Assembly: GCA_044892525.1 (NCBI GenBank)
Contig: CM097885.1
Location: 3,846,001 to 3,906,000 of the forward strand
Reading direction: 5' to 3'
Source of the DNA: Schmidtea polychroa
Taxonomy: Eukaryota
DNA length: 60,000 bases
A program made the position numbers and the translations under genes. The stretch's first letter is position 1, and each line of letters starts with the position of its first letter. The notes under the pieces were generated by a model that made no database searches, had not been told where the DNA came from, and saw only the letters and a list, made by a program, of their open reading frames with translations. Positions 25,673 to 38,195 of the stretch are shown here, in pieces.

Positions 25673-27043
25673 TCAATTTTTCAATCTGCAACTGAGCAGC
25701 AATTTATCACTTTTGGCTGCAAATTTATAGATTGTGTAATCATTATAAATCCAAACTGGATCATTTCTGTCATCTGACGGTTTCCCCCATACGGCTGCAT
25801 CAGGGCGATCTGAATATTTCACTAACTTGCTCACATAAATGCTGCCATTTGTTAGAGCGATCACATCGATTGCCACCGATTGATTGAACGGCCAATCCAA
25901 TTGCTCACCATTTGCCCCACGCATCACACAGAAACCAACCTCAACCCAATTACGCCCAATCGCCACCGTCAAGCATATTTTGTAACCGATTAACCCGGAA
26001 TAAATTACCTTGCTGTAAATATATTCATTTCTCTTTTGTTGTGATAATTTATCGATTTGCCATTCAAAAAATCCATTATTTATATATTTTTCACATCCTA
26101 ATTTTGTTTCAATCTGCCGAATTTCATTGGCGCATTTCGCCATTTCAAGTTGCAACTGTATCCCAAATTCAAACATTTCACAAAATCAATAAATCACCTT
26201 TTCATTATCCCGTTGCAGCCGCTGCTCGCATTTCTCTTTCATATCATCAATTTCCTGTTGACAGTTTGATTCAATCACCTCAATTTGCTGTCTGATTTGC
26301 TTTGCATCAATAACAAATCAATAACAAATCAAATCAATAATCAAACTTGATTGATTGATCCAATATTTGTCTCCATCTCCATTCTCAATGAGCGATTCTC
26401 ATTCTTCAATGCCACCATTTCTTCATTCAATTCTTCTATTTCTGCTCTGTTCTCCGCCTCTTTCCTTTCAATATTGCAGAATTTCACCTAAAATCACAAA
26501 TATCCATTAAATTAATTACAAATAAAATTTTACATTGATATTGATAATTTCCTCACTCAATTTCACATTCTCCTCTCTCATGACCTGCATCTCATTGTAC
26601 AAATTGCTGATCTGATCAATCAGAAATTTGCTATGACATTCATTGTTTTCATTTAGATGGACTCTCATTTCGTCCTTCTCTACTTCATTCATTTCACATT
26701 AATTCTGTTGAACGGGCATCTAATTGGTTGCTTGTTACATGTTCTCATGTGGCTCTCCATCATGCACAACTCGGTTTTGATTTCACAATTTTTCATTGGG
26801 CATTTTAAAATTTTTATTGAAAAGAATAGTTTGAACTTCACAATATTTTGCTGCTCCTGGACAGAATTTATCTTTTCCATCCAAATAATGCTCAATGCAA
26901 TCAGAACAAAAGCGACAACCGCAAGGAGCATTGCAAGCCTTTATCATTAAACATTTGCAAATTCTGCATATCAATTCACTGCTGATTTCATTATCAAATT
27001 CAAATTTATTTCTCTTCATCATTTCCCATACGCTTGCAAACAT
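25673..27043 (-). pseudogene. TRAF-like pseudogene (RING, Zn finger, coiled coil, MATH)
   Basis: Colinear with 36311-37735, but a deletion after ILFNK near 26815 shifts the frame; further small indels near 26700 and at the C-terminus. Confidence 0.85.
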
Positions 27044-27684
27044 TTTATCTAAAATTAACAAAATTATCAAAGTATTTCAACATTTTACAACATAACTCAT
27101 AAATCATACTTATTATATTAATTATTTCCTCTGACGTTTACAATTTCAATATTTATAATTTACATTTGATGTAGATAAACAAACATTTTATAAATATTGT
27201 ATTTTAGCTTTGAGCGCAATTCGGAATATTATTAATGTTAATTTTCAGCATTTTTCTCATTTATTTTTAATATTACAAAATTATTATGAAGGAATTCAAA
27301 TAAAAATACCTAAAACTAATTTCAATTTTGTCTCGGATATATCATTTCATTTCCAAGCAACCGAATATAAAAGTGCGTCAGCTATTGATCCAGTAGGCCT
27401 TGGAGAACTCCTTGCTGAATCCAGCTGACCGATGCCTGAAGCATTACCCGATCTATTGGGTAACAGAACATATAGTCTCCTCTGGCCCTGACCGGCGTAT
27501 CCGTCACACCAGCGCAAACATATTCCCATCAAGATCATATAGACTTTTACTTGAAATATACTCAGGTAATCTCGTAAGATAAAAGAAATGAGCTTTCATA
27601 TTTAAAATGATTGTAATGCATTGTAATATTATATTTTTTATTATTTATTATAATTTAATGTGGATTGTATTTTTAATCAACACG

Positions 27685-28240
27685 TGTTACACATAGAAAA
27701 AAAGTTTTTTTTTAAAAACTATATAGCGATAATTTACCATAGTAAAAAAATCAATAATAAACCAATAAAGAAGCTAAATAGAATATTATTTTAAAAGATT
27801 AATTTCGGGAAGCACAACAAAATTTAAGTACTAATAAAAAGGAAGTATTAATTTCGCGAAGATTAAAAAAGAATTCAGTTACTTAGTATTAAACTAAGGA
27901 AGCCGAAGACTAATAAATAGGAAATTTAAAAGATTCAATTACTAGACTTAAATTACTCTCTGGCAATCCGACAATCCATCTAACACAAAAATCGTGAAAA
28001 TAAATACCAAAAAATAAGGAAGGTTCTTCTTTTATTGTTTCAATTTGAAAAATATTTATTTGTTATATTTTATTATCATTATGTTTAATTTATCTGTAGC
28101 TCACATTACACACATTCATCAGAGCTTTCCTGAAACATTTTATTTACTGGAGACTCGGCTGGGCTCTAGATCCTTTCTTTTTTCCACGAAGCATGAAATG
28201 AAAACAACAAACTTCTTAAAATAATACACTCATAACAACA
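27685..28240 (+). mobile_element. Small LTR-like repeat (family C), right end approximate
   Basis: TG start, TATAGCGATAATTT motif and GGAGACTCGGCTGGGCTC motif shared with 41388-42030 and 59232-59997. Confidence 0.55.
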
Positions 28241-28299
28241 GGAACCTCCCAACAATTATAATCATTGCTATAACAATAATAAAGTGATAGTTACACTGG

Positions 28300-29021
28300 G
28301 TTTATCATAAAACGTAAAATTAAATACACATAAAAATTTACTGTCGGTTTTGTCCCAAGAAGTTCAGTAGATCAATAAAATACGGTTTGAATTAGCTATC
28401 AAATTGGATTTCTAAATGAAATTCGAATTATTCCTCAGGAGGTTCTAATTGGATTTATTGAAAGGTGTTTGAAGTCTAAATGGGTGTTTTGAAAGGTAAA
28501 GTGTCCACTGAGACAGTCCTTTATATAGATTTGTTAATGTAAACCGAACCAACCAGGATCAAGCCAGTGTGTATTTTTGATCAATTTTTTATGAGTTTTT
28601 ACCTTCTAAATTCCAATCATTTTTATTGGATTCTTTTATTTTTTGTTTTAATTTATTAATTTATTTTTAAATTACACTCTTTTTGATTCTGATTGTTTGG
28701 TAAATCGCTTTCTTACACCATCTTTATCGCATGGATTCGGAGCTGTTTTCTGCATCTTAGTCTCTTTTGTCAACGATTATTTCTTTGTTTTTATGTGCGA
28801 CGTTTTGCATTTTACAGTTTTTATTATTTTTGTTATTTTATTACATCTTGTAATGTTTTTATTTCTGTTTACTTGATGTTTTGATTTCTTTTAAATAAAC
28901 TTTATTCTTTTTCTATGTTGTGTTGGTGTCTCAGTTGACTCTTTACCTTCAATATTTTATTAATTAATACAAGAAAAGCTTATTTGGAAAATATTTTATT
29001 TTATTTCTTTTCAGCTCAACA
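28300..29021 (-). mobile_element. Family B 5' end fragment
   Basis: Minus strand starts TGTTGAGCTGA, then an A-rich block and TATATAAA near 28520, as at 30992 and 45197. Confidence 0.6.
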
Positions 29022-29028
29022 AATCTAT

Positions 29029-29280
29029 TGTTGGGCGTTCATGCGAAAACAAACCGGCAATTACTCACAACTTATCATTGCGTAGGTCTATGGCTGAAGG
29101 TTGACTAAAGTGAAAACGATGGAAGATTTATGCGGAGAACATGAGGCAGGTGAGCCCCTACGTTAGGACAACTCCACCATGCTCTTCCTAGCGGGTGCTC
29201 GTTAGAAGGTGTCGAAGTTTACGAGAGTATATGCGCATAACTAATAGTTGAAAGCGGGTATTGAATGCGAGTACCTAATT
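29029..29280 (-). mobile_element. Family B 3' end fragment
   Basis: Minus strand has ACCTTCTA...GTCCTAACGTAGGGGCTCACCTG and ends CCCAACA. Confidence 0.65.
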
Positions 29281-29287
29281 ATATATA

Positions 29288-29460
29288 TGTATTATATTTG
29301 TATTTGTAGATGCGTGTGTGTTAAGGAGATTTGCAGAGCCCAGTCGAGTCTCCAGTAAATAAACTGTCTTGGGACAGCTGGGGTGAATGTGTGTATGTGA
29401 ATCAAAAATAATGACAAAAACTAAAGAATAACAAATAATAACTAATTTTTTAACTCTAAA
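29288..29460 (-). mobile_element. Family C LTR-like fragment, inverted relative to 28090-28170
   Basis: AGAGCCCAGTCGAGTCTCCAGTAAATAAA is the reverse complement of 28140-28168 with one mismatch. Confidence 0.6.
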
Positions 29461-31315
29461 CTTATATATGAGAATGTGATTAAGATCTCCAATCCAGCAT
29501 ATTTGCGATGAACGATTAGAACGTCACCTTCAGAATGATTGATAAGGAAACATCATTTTATGCCATATCATACTCGGATTCCAAAGGGCATGGTCGCTAG
29601 GTAAATTAATTTATTCGATATATATTGCTAGAAGTAACACGATTTGTAATATTTTATGTTTCATAACATTTTTACAATTATCATTTATGAAAGAACTCTG
29701 GTGGATCTGTCTATCATGACTGTCTAGAGACGGTCGGTAGTAATTTAGTGGTGTCGAGGTGAGTCATGGTAAGTAGAGAAGCTTCTATTAGGAAATTTAT
29801 TTGAGTGAATTGAGTTAAAGGCAGTTGGGAGTTCCCTTCGAGTGGCAAGAGAATATAGTTTCGTGAAACGTAAACATCCAAGAAACATCTTTAAATCTCG
29901 TAGTAGTTCCAAATCTTTTCGATAATCAAATCCTATAAGAAAATGTAGGAAATTTCCATCTGAGAAAATAACGTCGAAACGACCATTTAGATTAGTTCCC
30001 TCACACGTTCATTGAGAATTCTTCTTACAGAGTTTCTTTAACTCAAAGATCGGCTGTAATTTAGAAATCGAGACGAGTCCATGATCATAATTGTCCATCT
30101 GAATTTGCAGAAATCAGCTATAGGATATTCCGTGTAGAAATACATATTTCAATTAGCATCATTGGCGTATCTCGATTTTCGATGAAGTTTTATCATCACG
30201 ACCAACATGCGGCATTTGTTGGCCATTGATTAAGGCCATTGATGGGCATATAATAAGCATACGCTTAATGTTAGGAGATTTAACGTAAATGCAATAATAG
30301 ACGGCATAAAGAATTGTAGAGGCCCGAGGAATGGATTTAATCAAATAGACAAAGCTGTTTATCAGATCTACTTGACTCGATATGGGTGTTGATAATAAAT
30401 TGAATTAATGTAAATTCACCCCGGAAACCGAGGAAAGCTTTAGGTCAATAAACAGCGAATATACAGAGATAGTTTATCCCCATAGCCGATCTACAGCTAG
30501 GACCGAACACCCGATATGACAAGAATATGATAAACAAAATAAAATTTTCTCGAATAACTAATATCCAATTAAGCCCTTTTAATAAATTATCTGTCGGAAA
30601 AGTATTATTCTTAATCATTCTCATCTGAAGTCTCATAGTTCCTAAAGTTAAGCAATAAAAATCTTTCATCGACTCTAACCAAATCATATTTTCCCAAACT
30701 TATAGTACTTAATCATTAATAAATGATGATTTAAATTCAATACAAAGGCAAAATTGATCAAATCTTGCCCTGACAAAGACACTATTCTAAGGATGAAATT
30801 ATTGAATGTTGAGTGTAATATTATGACCGTGGGTAAGAAAAGTAATGAGGATAAAAAATACTCGAATTTTTACGGCATGTTTTTCACGATGCCAGGATAA
30901 ATTATCTTGATAAGCTTCCTTTTTCTAGAATGTGCGAGTCAAGTTTACTGCCAAAAGGCCCTTAACCGTGCTTCTTCTGCGCGGATTAAAATGTTGGGCT
31001 GAGTCGAAAACATAAATTTGGAAATTAAGACAAGCAGGACATTAAATAAAATAAAAATAAGACGAACAAAGTTAAAAAATAAATCGAAATACAAAAGAAA
31101 CAAATAAATTTGGATATAAGAATTAAAACAAAAAATAAAAATAAGAAAATTAAAATAGGAAAATAAAATGACGAATAAAATAACGTAAAATTCAATAAAT
31201 AATGAGGAAATTAAAGAAACAAATAAAAAATATAATAGAAATAAGAAAAATTAAGAAAAATAACCAAAAACAGAAAAAGTAATTTAAATTAGAACAAATA
31301 AGCGGTACTCAATTC

Positions 31316-31351
31316 TGATTGGTCCGCATAAATGAAAAATCTGTATATAAG
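31316..31351 (+). promoter_or_regulatory. Inverted CCAAT box plus TATA box of family B; conserved at 45529-45566
   Basis: GATTGGTCCGCA followed ~15 nt later by TATATAAG in both copies. Confidence 0.65.
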
Positions 31352-31748
31352 CAAACATTAAAATCAGTACACTTACCGTTAAATTTAAAACTTCTTAGGT
31401 AAAACGACCATCAGTGACATTCAGAAACTATACTACGAAAGAATCATCAGCGACAAATACAGATATCATTCAACAGCGAGATCCATTAAATTTTCGACTC
31501 AGCCTTTCAATATCTACAGAATAATTCGGTAAGAATGTTGTTTAATAAAACTAGTATATATGCCGTAATGATTGAATGTTTAGTATATTAAATTAAATTC
31601 TAAGTATCTTTATCTTTTCTTTTCATTTGATCCGTTTTTAGTAATTGTAACGAAGTCAGTAATGCAATTGATAACAATAAATGTATTATTCAGAAATTTT
31701 TGAGCTATTTTATGATCGAATATTTATAAATTTTTATGTTATGAGAAA

Positions 31749-31870
31749 CGTGGAGTTGAGACGTTTCATACCATAGTGTGAGGGGCCTTCGGGTGCTCAA
31801 CCGGTGGGTATGAAACGCTTCAATCACGCAGCTGATTCGGGCCGAAATGTGGGGGCTTCCTCACGGGTCC
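31749..31870 (+). ncRNA. Conserved structured RNA motif 1 of family B; second copy 46031-46152
   Basis: Long stem with compensatory changes between copies, a cUUCGg hairpin, and GTGAGG/CCTCAC loop complementarity. Confidence 0.65.
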
Positions 31871-33514
31871 GTCACTGAAGATGCGACTAAAATTTACGAG
31901 CGGTATTCTGGAAAATAATGTCTATTTAGAGTTTAAAAAGAGTCACGCTAATAGTATGAAATGAAGAAAAATCTTTGGAGAGTTCGCGCAGTGATTGGGG
32001 ATGTCACACAAATCGACACGTAGTATCACCTTTACTAAACTTAGATCATCTCTAGCATCGGGGAAATCCATACAAAATTCTATTAATTCGTTCTGATCAT
32101 TATTATCATCATATTGAACATATTAATCGAGTTCGTAATCCAACTCAAAGTTGTTCTTATAACCTTCAGTCCACTTAACTTCGTAAATTCTATTTCACCT
32201 CCTATGCCCCTCGTGTATACTCAACTTAGATCCATTTGTCACGAAGTCTTACATTATGGCTAAATCCGAAAAAGAATTATTTACCTTGTAGATAGTTTTT
32301 AAAAAAAAAAATTAACTATAAAGTACTATGGAATCAAACCGAATTCACAAGACAATGTAACACAGTGAAATTTATTTTTTTTTTAAAACGATCCAGCACG
32401 ATATCTACTTAGAACACCGAACACATAATGTCTGAGGTAAATTGTGAGAGACCAAGATGAGATTTCATCAATACGATATTCCATCCAAGTTCGAAAAATC
32501 CGATTTTTGATGCAGTTTAGAGAACAGTAAAATGTCAGCAGTTGTCGAATTGTTTTCCACGATCGTTGAGGCACTAGCGCAAATTTCCAATAGATAGTGA
32601 TAATTTCCATGAACTAACAGCAGAAGATTTCCACGATGAGAGCTTACAGCAGCATAGACGATAATATATTTTAAATAAGCATCCAGTGAGAACTACGAGA
32701 CATGTGGTATGACCAAATATCTGTGAAACTAGCATATACTAATTCAATTAGATGAAATAACAACATCCAGATCCGATAATGGGACGACAGCATGAGAATT
32801 CACATCTAAGTAGGACAAATGAAAACACCCACAGCACTAGAGTATAAACTCATACACTAGATAAGTTTCTCCGCAACCGCCACACGCACACACACCGAAT
32901 GGTAGAGAGATAACCAGCATGCGAGTATACCAGTGGCCGTGACAAGGCATCCATGAGTTGTTTAACAGATGAATTTATACACGTCGTGGGTATAGCGACC
33001 GTTATCAGTGTAATCAAGTCACTGAATTTTCTTCATCCTCAATTTACGTCACATTAAGTAGGTCAACCCAAGCGTGAGTGAGAATGACTTTAACAGATTT
33101 AGGTGGTGAAACTCTGATCTCACTCGCTAATCGAATAATTTTAGTTAATCAAATGTTTATGCCTCTAACCGATTGAATCATTTTATGTACCACATCTGGT
33201 TAATTTAATAATGATAGTAAGATTTCTCCCCCCGACATTCAGGCACATCGATAATCCGTTTTGGTAGCTTATTTCAATGACAATGGATGTAATACCACGG
33301 GGTTTTACCATCCACTTTTCTTTTATGAACTCCGATAAGGTAGAGAAGGTTAGCCGTCTGAAGGGGTTTCTCTTGTCAGCATGATGTCACCTTTCTTTAT
33401 TGTCGCGAGGTGTGCAGGCGGATTGTAAAAACTATAAAACCACAAATGACTGTCTGTCCTGTAATAACGATTTGGGAATCGTAGTGAATTGCGATAATTA
33501 TCTTCATTTTAAAG

Positions 33515-34301
33515 GTTAAATTCGTTGGAGTCAACCGAGTAGTGCCCCAGCAAAAATACGGATATCCGAAAATTAAACAAATATGTTGGGCAATTGAAAA
33601 AGCGAATAGAAAATAACGAGTGCACGTGGTTCTCCACACCACAAATGAAGGAGGAGAAGACCAAGGTATTACGGCTGAAGCACTGTAGGGATAGTCTCCT
33701 AAAAGAAAGCCGGTACCAACGTTTAACAATCAAGGCCTAGTCGGAAGCCTTGTATAAAGTATATTCAAAGGCCGAAATCCAACGAAGTATTCGGGAATAC
33801 CCTATAAAAGACGGAACAAACGTGTTTCCGTTGCACTATCAAGAGAATTAACCACAGTTGCCAAGAACCAGTTGTGTTGAGCAAGGATGCCATTTCCTAC
33901 CTCTGACGGATCCCGTTCTCTCCGGATCATCTAAACCCAATCGTGTATCTACGGAAACCACAGAAATTTTTTTTTTTTTTACTGCGTCGATACCTCTTTC
34001 TGATAATAAGGATCTCGCCTCATCCGCTAAGAAACGGAAAAGCCCGTGTTGGGCCGAGAAAAATCAAAAGCCACGAGATACTATTGCTACTCTAGAAGCA
34101 TCCCTGTTCGCTGTTCAATCTTCTAAAGAGCAATTTCCCAAGATTGATAGGTCCATTTTGAGAGAAGATTTCCGGATAGTTTCCACCGAGATATTCCACC
34201 TACGAGAAGACGCAAGGCTACAGGTGGGCATAGACGCCCTGTTAGCTGAGGGCGAAATGTTTTCACCTGCTCAAATGACCCGTATCCCGAATGAAGTGTG
34301 A
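33515..34301 (+). pseudogene. Family B ORF (disrupted)
   Basis: KNTDI...LKKRIENNECTWFSTPQMKEEKTKVLRLKHCRDSLL...DGTNVFPLH...KKRKSPCWAEKNQKPR...VGIDALLAEGE with two internal stops. Confidence 0.75.
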
Positions 34302-34474
34302 AATTGTATCATGTCCTTTAACCTTCGTTGTAGAACTCATTTGTAATTACCATGTGTTTTCACGTTGTGCATTAAAATTTGTTAGTGTTGAATTTGATAT
34401 GGTCAACTTCGTTGTTTTAATTTTGTGTTTGGAATTCATGGACAGTTATGTAATAGAGAGGTTTAATCATAGAA

Positions 34475-34660
34475 AGACGTCCCTTGGACCAGGATGTCGG
34501 TTTGTGTAAATGAGACGAGCTAAGACCTTCTACGGCACTTTAGAATCCAAACTGTGAACTTTACCAGGAATAGTTCTACCATGGGAGGTCACCTACCGGT
34601 AGATTCCAACCTATGTGCGCAGTAGCAACGTGTTACATCACCACGGGCACACATAAGGGA
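34475..34660 (+). ncRNA. Conserved structured module 2 of family B; copies at 21130-21320, 29130-29215 (-), 42408-42592 (-), 48925-49066
   Basis: TAAGACCTTCTA, then a CAC-bulged hairpin, then a CCAA-bulged hairpin; stem sequences differ between copies but still pair. Confidence 0.65.
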
Positions 34661-36310
34661 GATGATTCACAAACCATGAAGGTTACTTGGGTGATTCCAT
34701 CTGAGTATATAAATAGTTTCTTTTCCCCCTAAGTAACCAACAATTTTATTTATTTTTCATTGCGATAATTTACTTTTGTAAATTATCGCTATATTGTTTG
34801 GTTACACTTTTTATTGATTCAACCACACTTGATACAACCCTTTTTGCTCTGCACTTTTCAATACCAGTGTAAATCTTATATAGGGATAAATCTTCTAACG
34901 GGAGATGCTGCTTTCTGGTGAGCTCGATTTTATAATCTGCAGTTTACACTAAGTTCAAAGTTTTCTTTATTACTCTCACTAAATCTTTAGTTTAATTTTC
35001 TTCCATCAACTAGCAATTCTGTTTTCTAGCCGGTCACTTTTATACCTCTCTCGTAATTTGAATCGCTGTGTAAAATTAGTTCGAATCCAATTTCGCCCCG
35101 GGTTTCCTCTTGTCGCTTTAAAGAATTTCTCCTTTGACGACTTACCTTAATTTGATTTTGAGGTTCTCTCACATCGCTCGGGTTTTCCATTTGTCGGGTT
35201 TTCCAGTGTCTCTGATTCTCCATTAGTTAATTAATTTTTAATAAATTTTAGTTTTTTATAATTAATGACCCCCACTGATTTTATTTTATTATATTTGAAC
35301 TCGTCTCATTACTCGGCTGATTCATAGCGGCATTTAAAAGTAAAGTTTTCATGAATGCCTTTAAGTAAATCTATCAGCGACACTAGGACATTTAAACAAC
35401 ACAACGAACGAATTTCAGGTTCCAAAATATTTTCTTATAGCTTTTATAGATATGATCCAGCTGGTTGTCTAATTTCTAATTTTTTTTAAATCTTAAGGAT
35501 TTCAAGATAAATTTTGTAAGTAAAATTCTTTTATCAAATTTATGAAATTTGTGAATTTAAATATTAATTAAATATTAATTATTAATTTACATGAAATCAT
35601 TTTTGTTTTAATAATATTATATTTGAACACTTATCGAATGAAAAAGTGAATAAATTTATGAAATGTTACATTGTTTAATATTAAATCATTTCATTAGCTG
35701 TTAAGAAGATCTCATTAAAAGAATGCGTAACAGAATTTGATAGAGTTTAGAAAGCACCGATTGTCCTCATCGCATCGACAGCTCTCATCTTGGTAAACTT
35801 ACCCAAACTGATGTGAAAGCAATTTGGAACATTTTATCAGTATTGTTGTTGCGGATTGCGCTGAAATGCCTCACAAATAGCTGGCGGAGGTGAAATGTTA
35901 AGGCATTAATCAATTTGATATAAGGCAATTTTAGTATTGCATTTAGGTGCATTTTACTGCCATTCAATACAGCAATAATTTCTCCACAACTCATATAACA
36001 TCAGCAGCAGTAGCGATGGCGGTTTTCTCGTCGGTTCCATTCGTCATAGGAGCGCTTGATTTGTTGAGGCGATTTGTCAGCGCTTATATTCGGGTGGATT
36101 TTGATTGGATTATTTCTTTCACATTAATTATTAATTTAATTATAATAAATATAATGATAATATCGGATGGAAGGCGCGGGGGGGGAGAATGACAATGATT
36201 ATCTTAATAATTATCTCATATAATAAATCAATAATAATAATAAGGCAAATAATAAATCAGATCAAAAGCCAAAATAAATCAATTTTTTGTTGAAATGTTT
36301 TTCTAATTTT

Positions 36311-37735
36311 TCATAATTTTTCAATTCTGCACCTGAGCAGCAATTTATCACTTTTGGCTGCTAATTTATAGGCTGAGCGATCATAATAAATGCAAACTGG
36401 ATAATTTCTGTCATCTGACGGTTTCCCCCATCCGGCATCATCAGGGCGATCTGAATATATCAGTGACTCGCTCATATAAATGTTGCCATTTGCTGGATCG
36501 ATCACATCGATTGTCACCGATTGATTGAACGGCCAGTCCAATTGCTCATCATTTGCCCCACGCATCACACAGAAACCAACATCAACCCAATCATAATCAT
36601 CCCCAATCTCCACCGTCAAGCACATTTTGTAACCGATTGGCCCGGAATAAAATGCCTTGCTGTAAATCAATTCATTTCTCTTTTGTTGTGAAAATTTATC
36701 GATTTGCCATTCAAAAAATCCATAATTTATATATTTTTCACTTCCTAATTTTGTTTCAATCTGCCGAATTTCATTGGCGCATTTTGCCATTTCAAATTGC
36801 AACTGAATCTCAAATTCAAACATTTCAATAAATCAATAAATCACCTTTTCATTCTCCCGTTGCAGTCGCTGCTCGCATTTCTCTTTCATCTCATCAATTT
36901 GCTGTTGACAGTTTGCTTCAATCACCTCAATTTGCTCTTTGACCTGCTTTGCATCAATAACAAATTAATAACAAATCAAATCAATAATCAAACTTGATTG
37001 ATTGATCCAATATTTGTTTCCATCTCCATTCTCAATGAGCGATTCTCATTCTTCAATGCCACCATTTCCTCATTCAATTCTTCTATTTCTGCTCTGTTCT
37101 CCGCCTCTTTCCTTTCAACATTGCACAATTTCACCTAAAATCACAAATATCAATTAAATTAATTACAAATAAAATTTTACATTGATATTAATAATTTCCT
37201 CACGCAATTTGACATTCTCCTCTCTCATTGCCTGCATCTCATTGCACAAATTGCTGGTCTGATCAATCAGTAATTTGCTATGGTCTTCATTGTTCTCATT
37301 GAGATGTATTTTCATTTCGTCCTTCTCTACTCCAATCATTTCGCATCCAATTCTATTGAACGGGCATCTAATTGGTTGCTTGTTACATGTTCTCATGTGA
37401 CTCTCCATCATGCACAACTCGGTTTTGAATACACAATTTTGCATTGGGCATTTTACAGTGACTTCAGATATCCTTAAATTGACTGGGTGATCCACAGAAA
37501 CATCCTTATTGAAAAGAATAGTTTGAACTTCACAATATTTTGCTGCTCCTGGACAGAATTTATCTTTTCCATCCAAATAATGCTCAATGCAATCAGAACA
37601 AAAGCGACAACCGCAAGGAGCATTGCAAGCATTTATCATTAAACATTTGCAAATTCTGCATATCAATTCACTGCTGATTTCATTATCAAATTCAAATTTA
37701 TTTCTCTTCATCATTTCCCATACGCTTGCAAACAT
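36311..37735 (-). CDS. TRAF-like protein (RING, Zn finger, coiled coil, single MATH), apparently intact
   Basis: Predicted exons 37735-37181, 37134-36994, 36943-36845, 36802-36311; internal exon lengths (141, 99) equal those of the 9480 gene; no stops. Confidence 0.9.
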
Positions 37736-38195
37736 TTTATCTAAAATTAATAAAATTATCAAAATATTTCAACATTTTACAACATAAATCATAAATCATA
37801 CTTATTATATTGATTATTTCCTCTGACGTTTACAATTTCAATATTTATAATTTGTATTTTGATGTAGATAAACAAACATTTTATAAATATTGTATTTTAG
37901 CTTTGAGCGCAATTCGAAATATTATTAATGTTAATTTTCAGCGTTTTTCTCATTTATTTTAAATCTTACAAAATTATTTAAATTATAATTTGATAATAAA
38001 AAGTAAAATTTTAATGGAAAGTTAAATAAATCCAAATTAAAAATAGATCAAAATATAAAAATAAATATTGTTCATAAAATATTAAAATAAAAAAAGTAAT
38101 TATTTAAAGAAATTTATCTGAAATTAGAATTTATTTGAACAGATTAAAAAGAAATTCAAAATCATCATAGCAAAAATAGAAATATAAATAAAATC

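Larger units (their letters stand above)
30992..34742 (+). mobile_element. Family B element, apparently full length (3.75 kb), giant solo-LTR-like
   Basis: TGTTGGGCTGA start and CCAACA end; colinear with 45197 onward and with 19377-21424. No TSD seen. Confidence 0.75.

Noticed and set aside
31851..31870. TCCTCAC resembles an HDV-like ribozyme L3 loop
   Set aside because: I could not build the P1/P2 nested pseudoknot or place a catalytic C; kept only as an unassigned structure.
30987..34747. Target-site duplication around the full family B copy
   Set aside because: Flanks TAAAA and ATTTT do not match, so no TSD is claimed.
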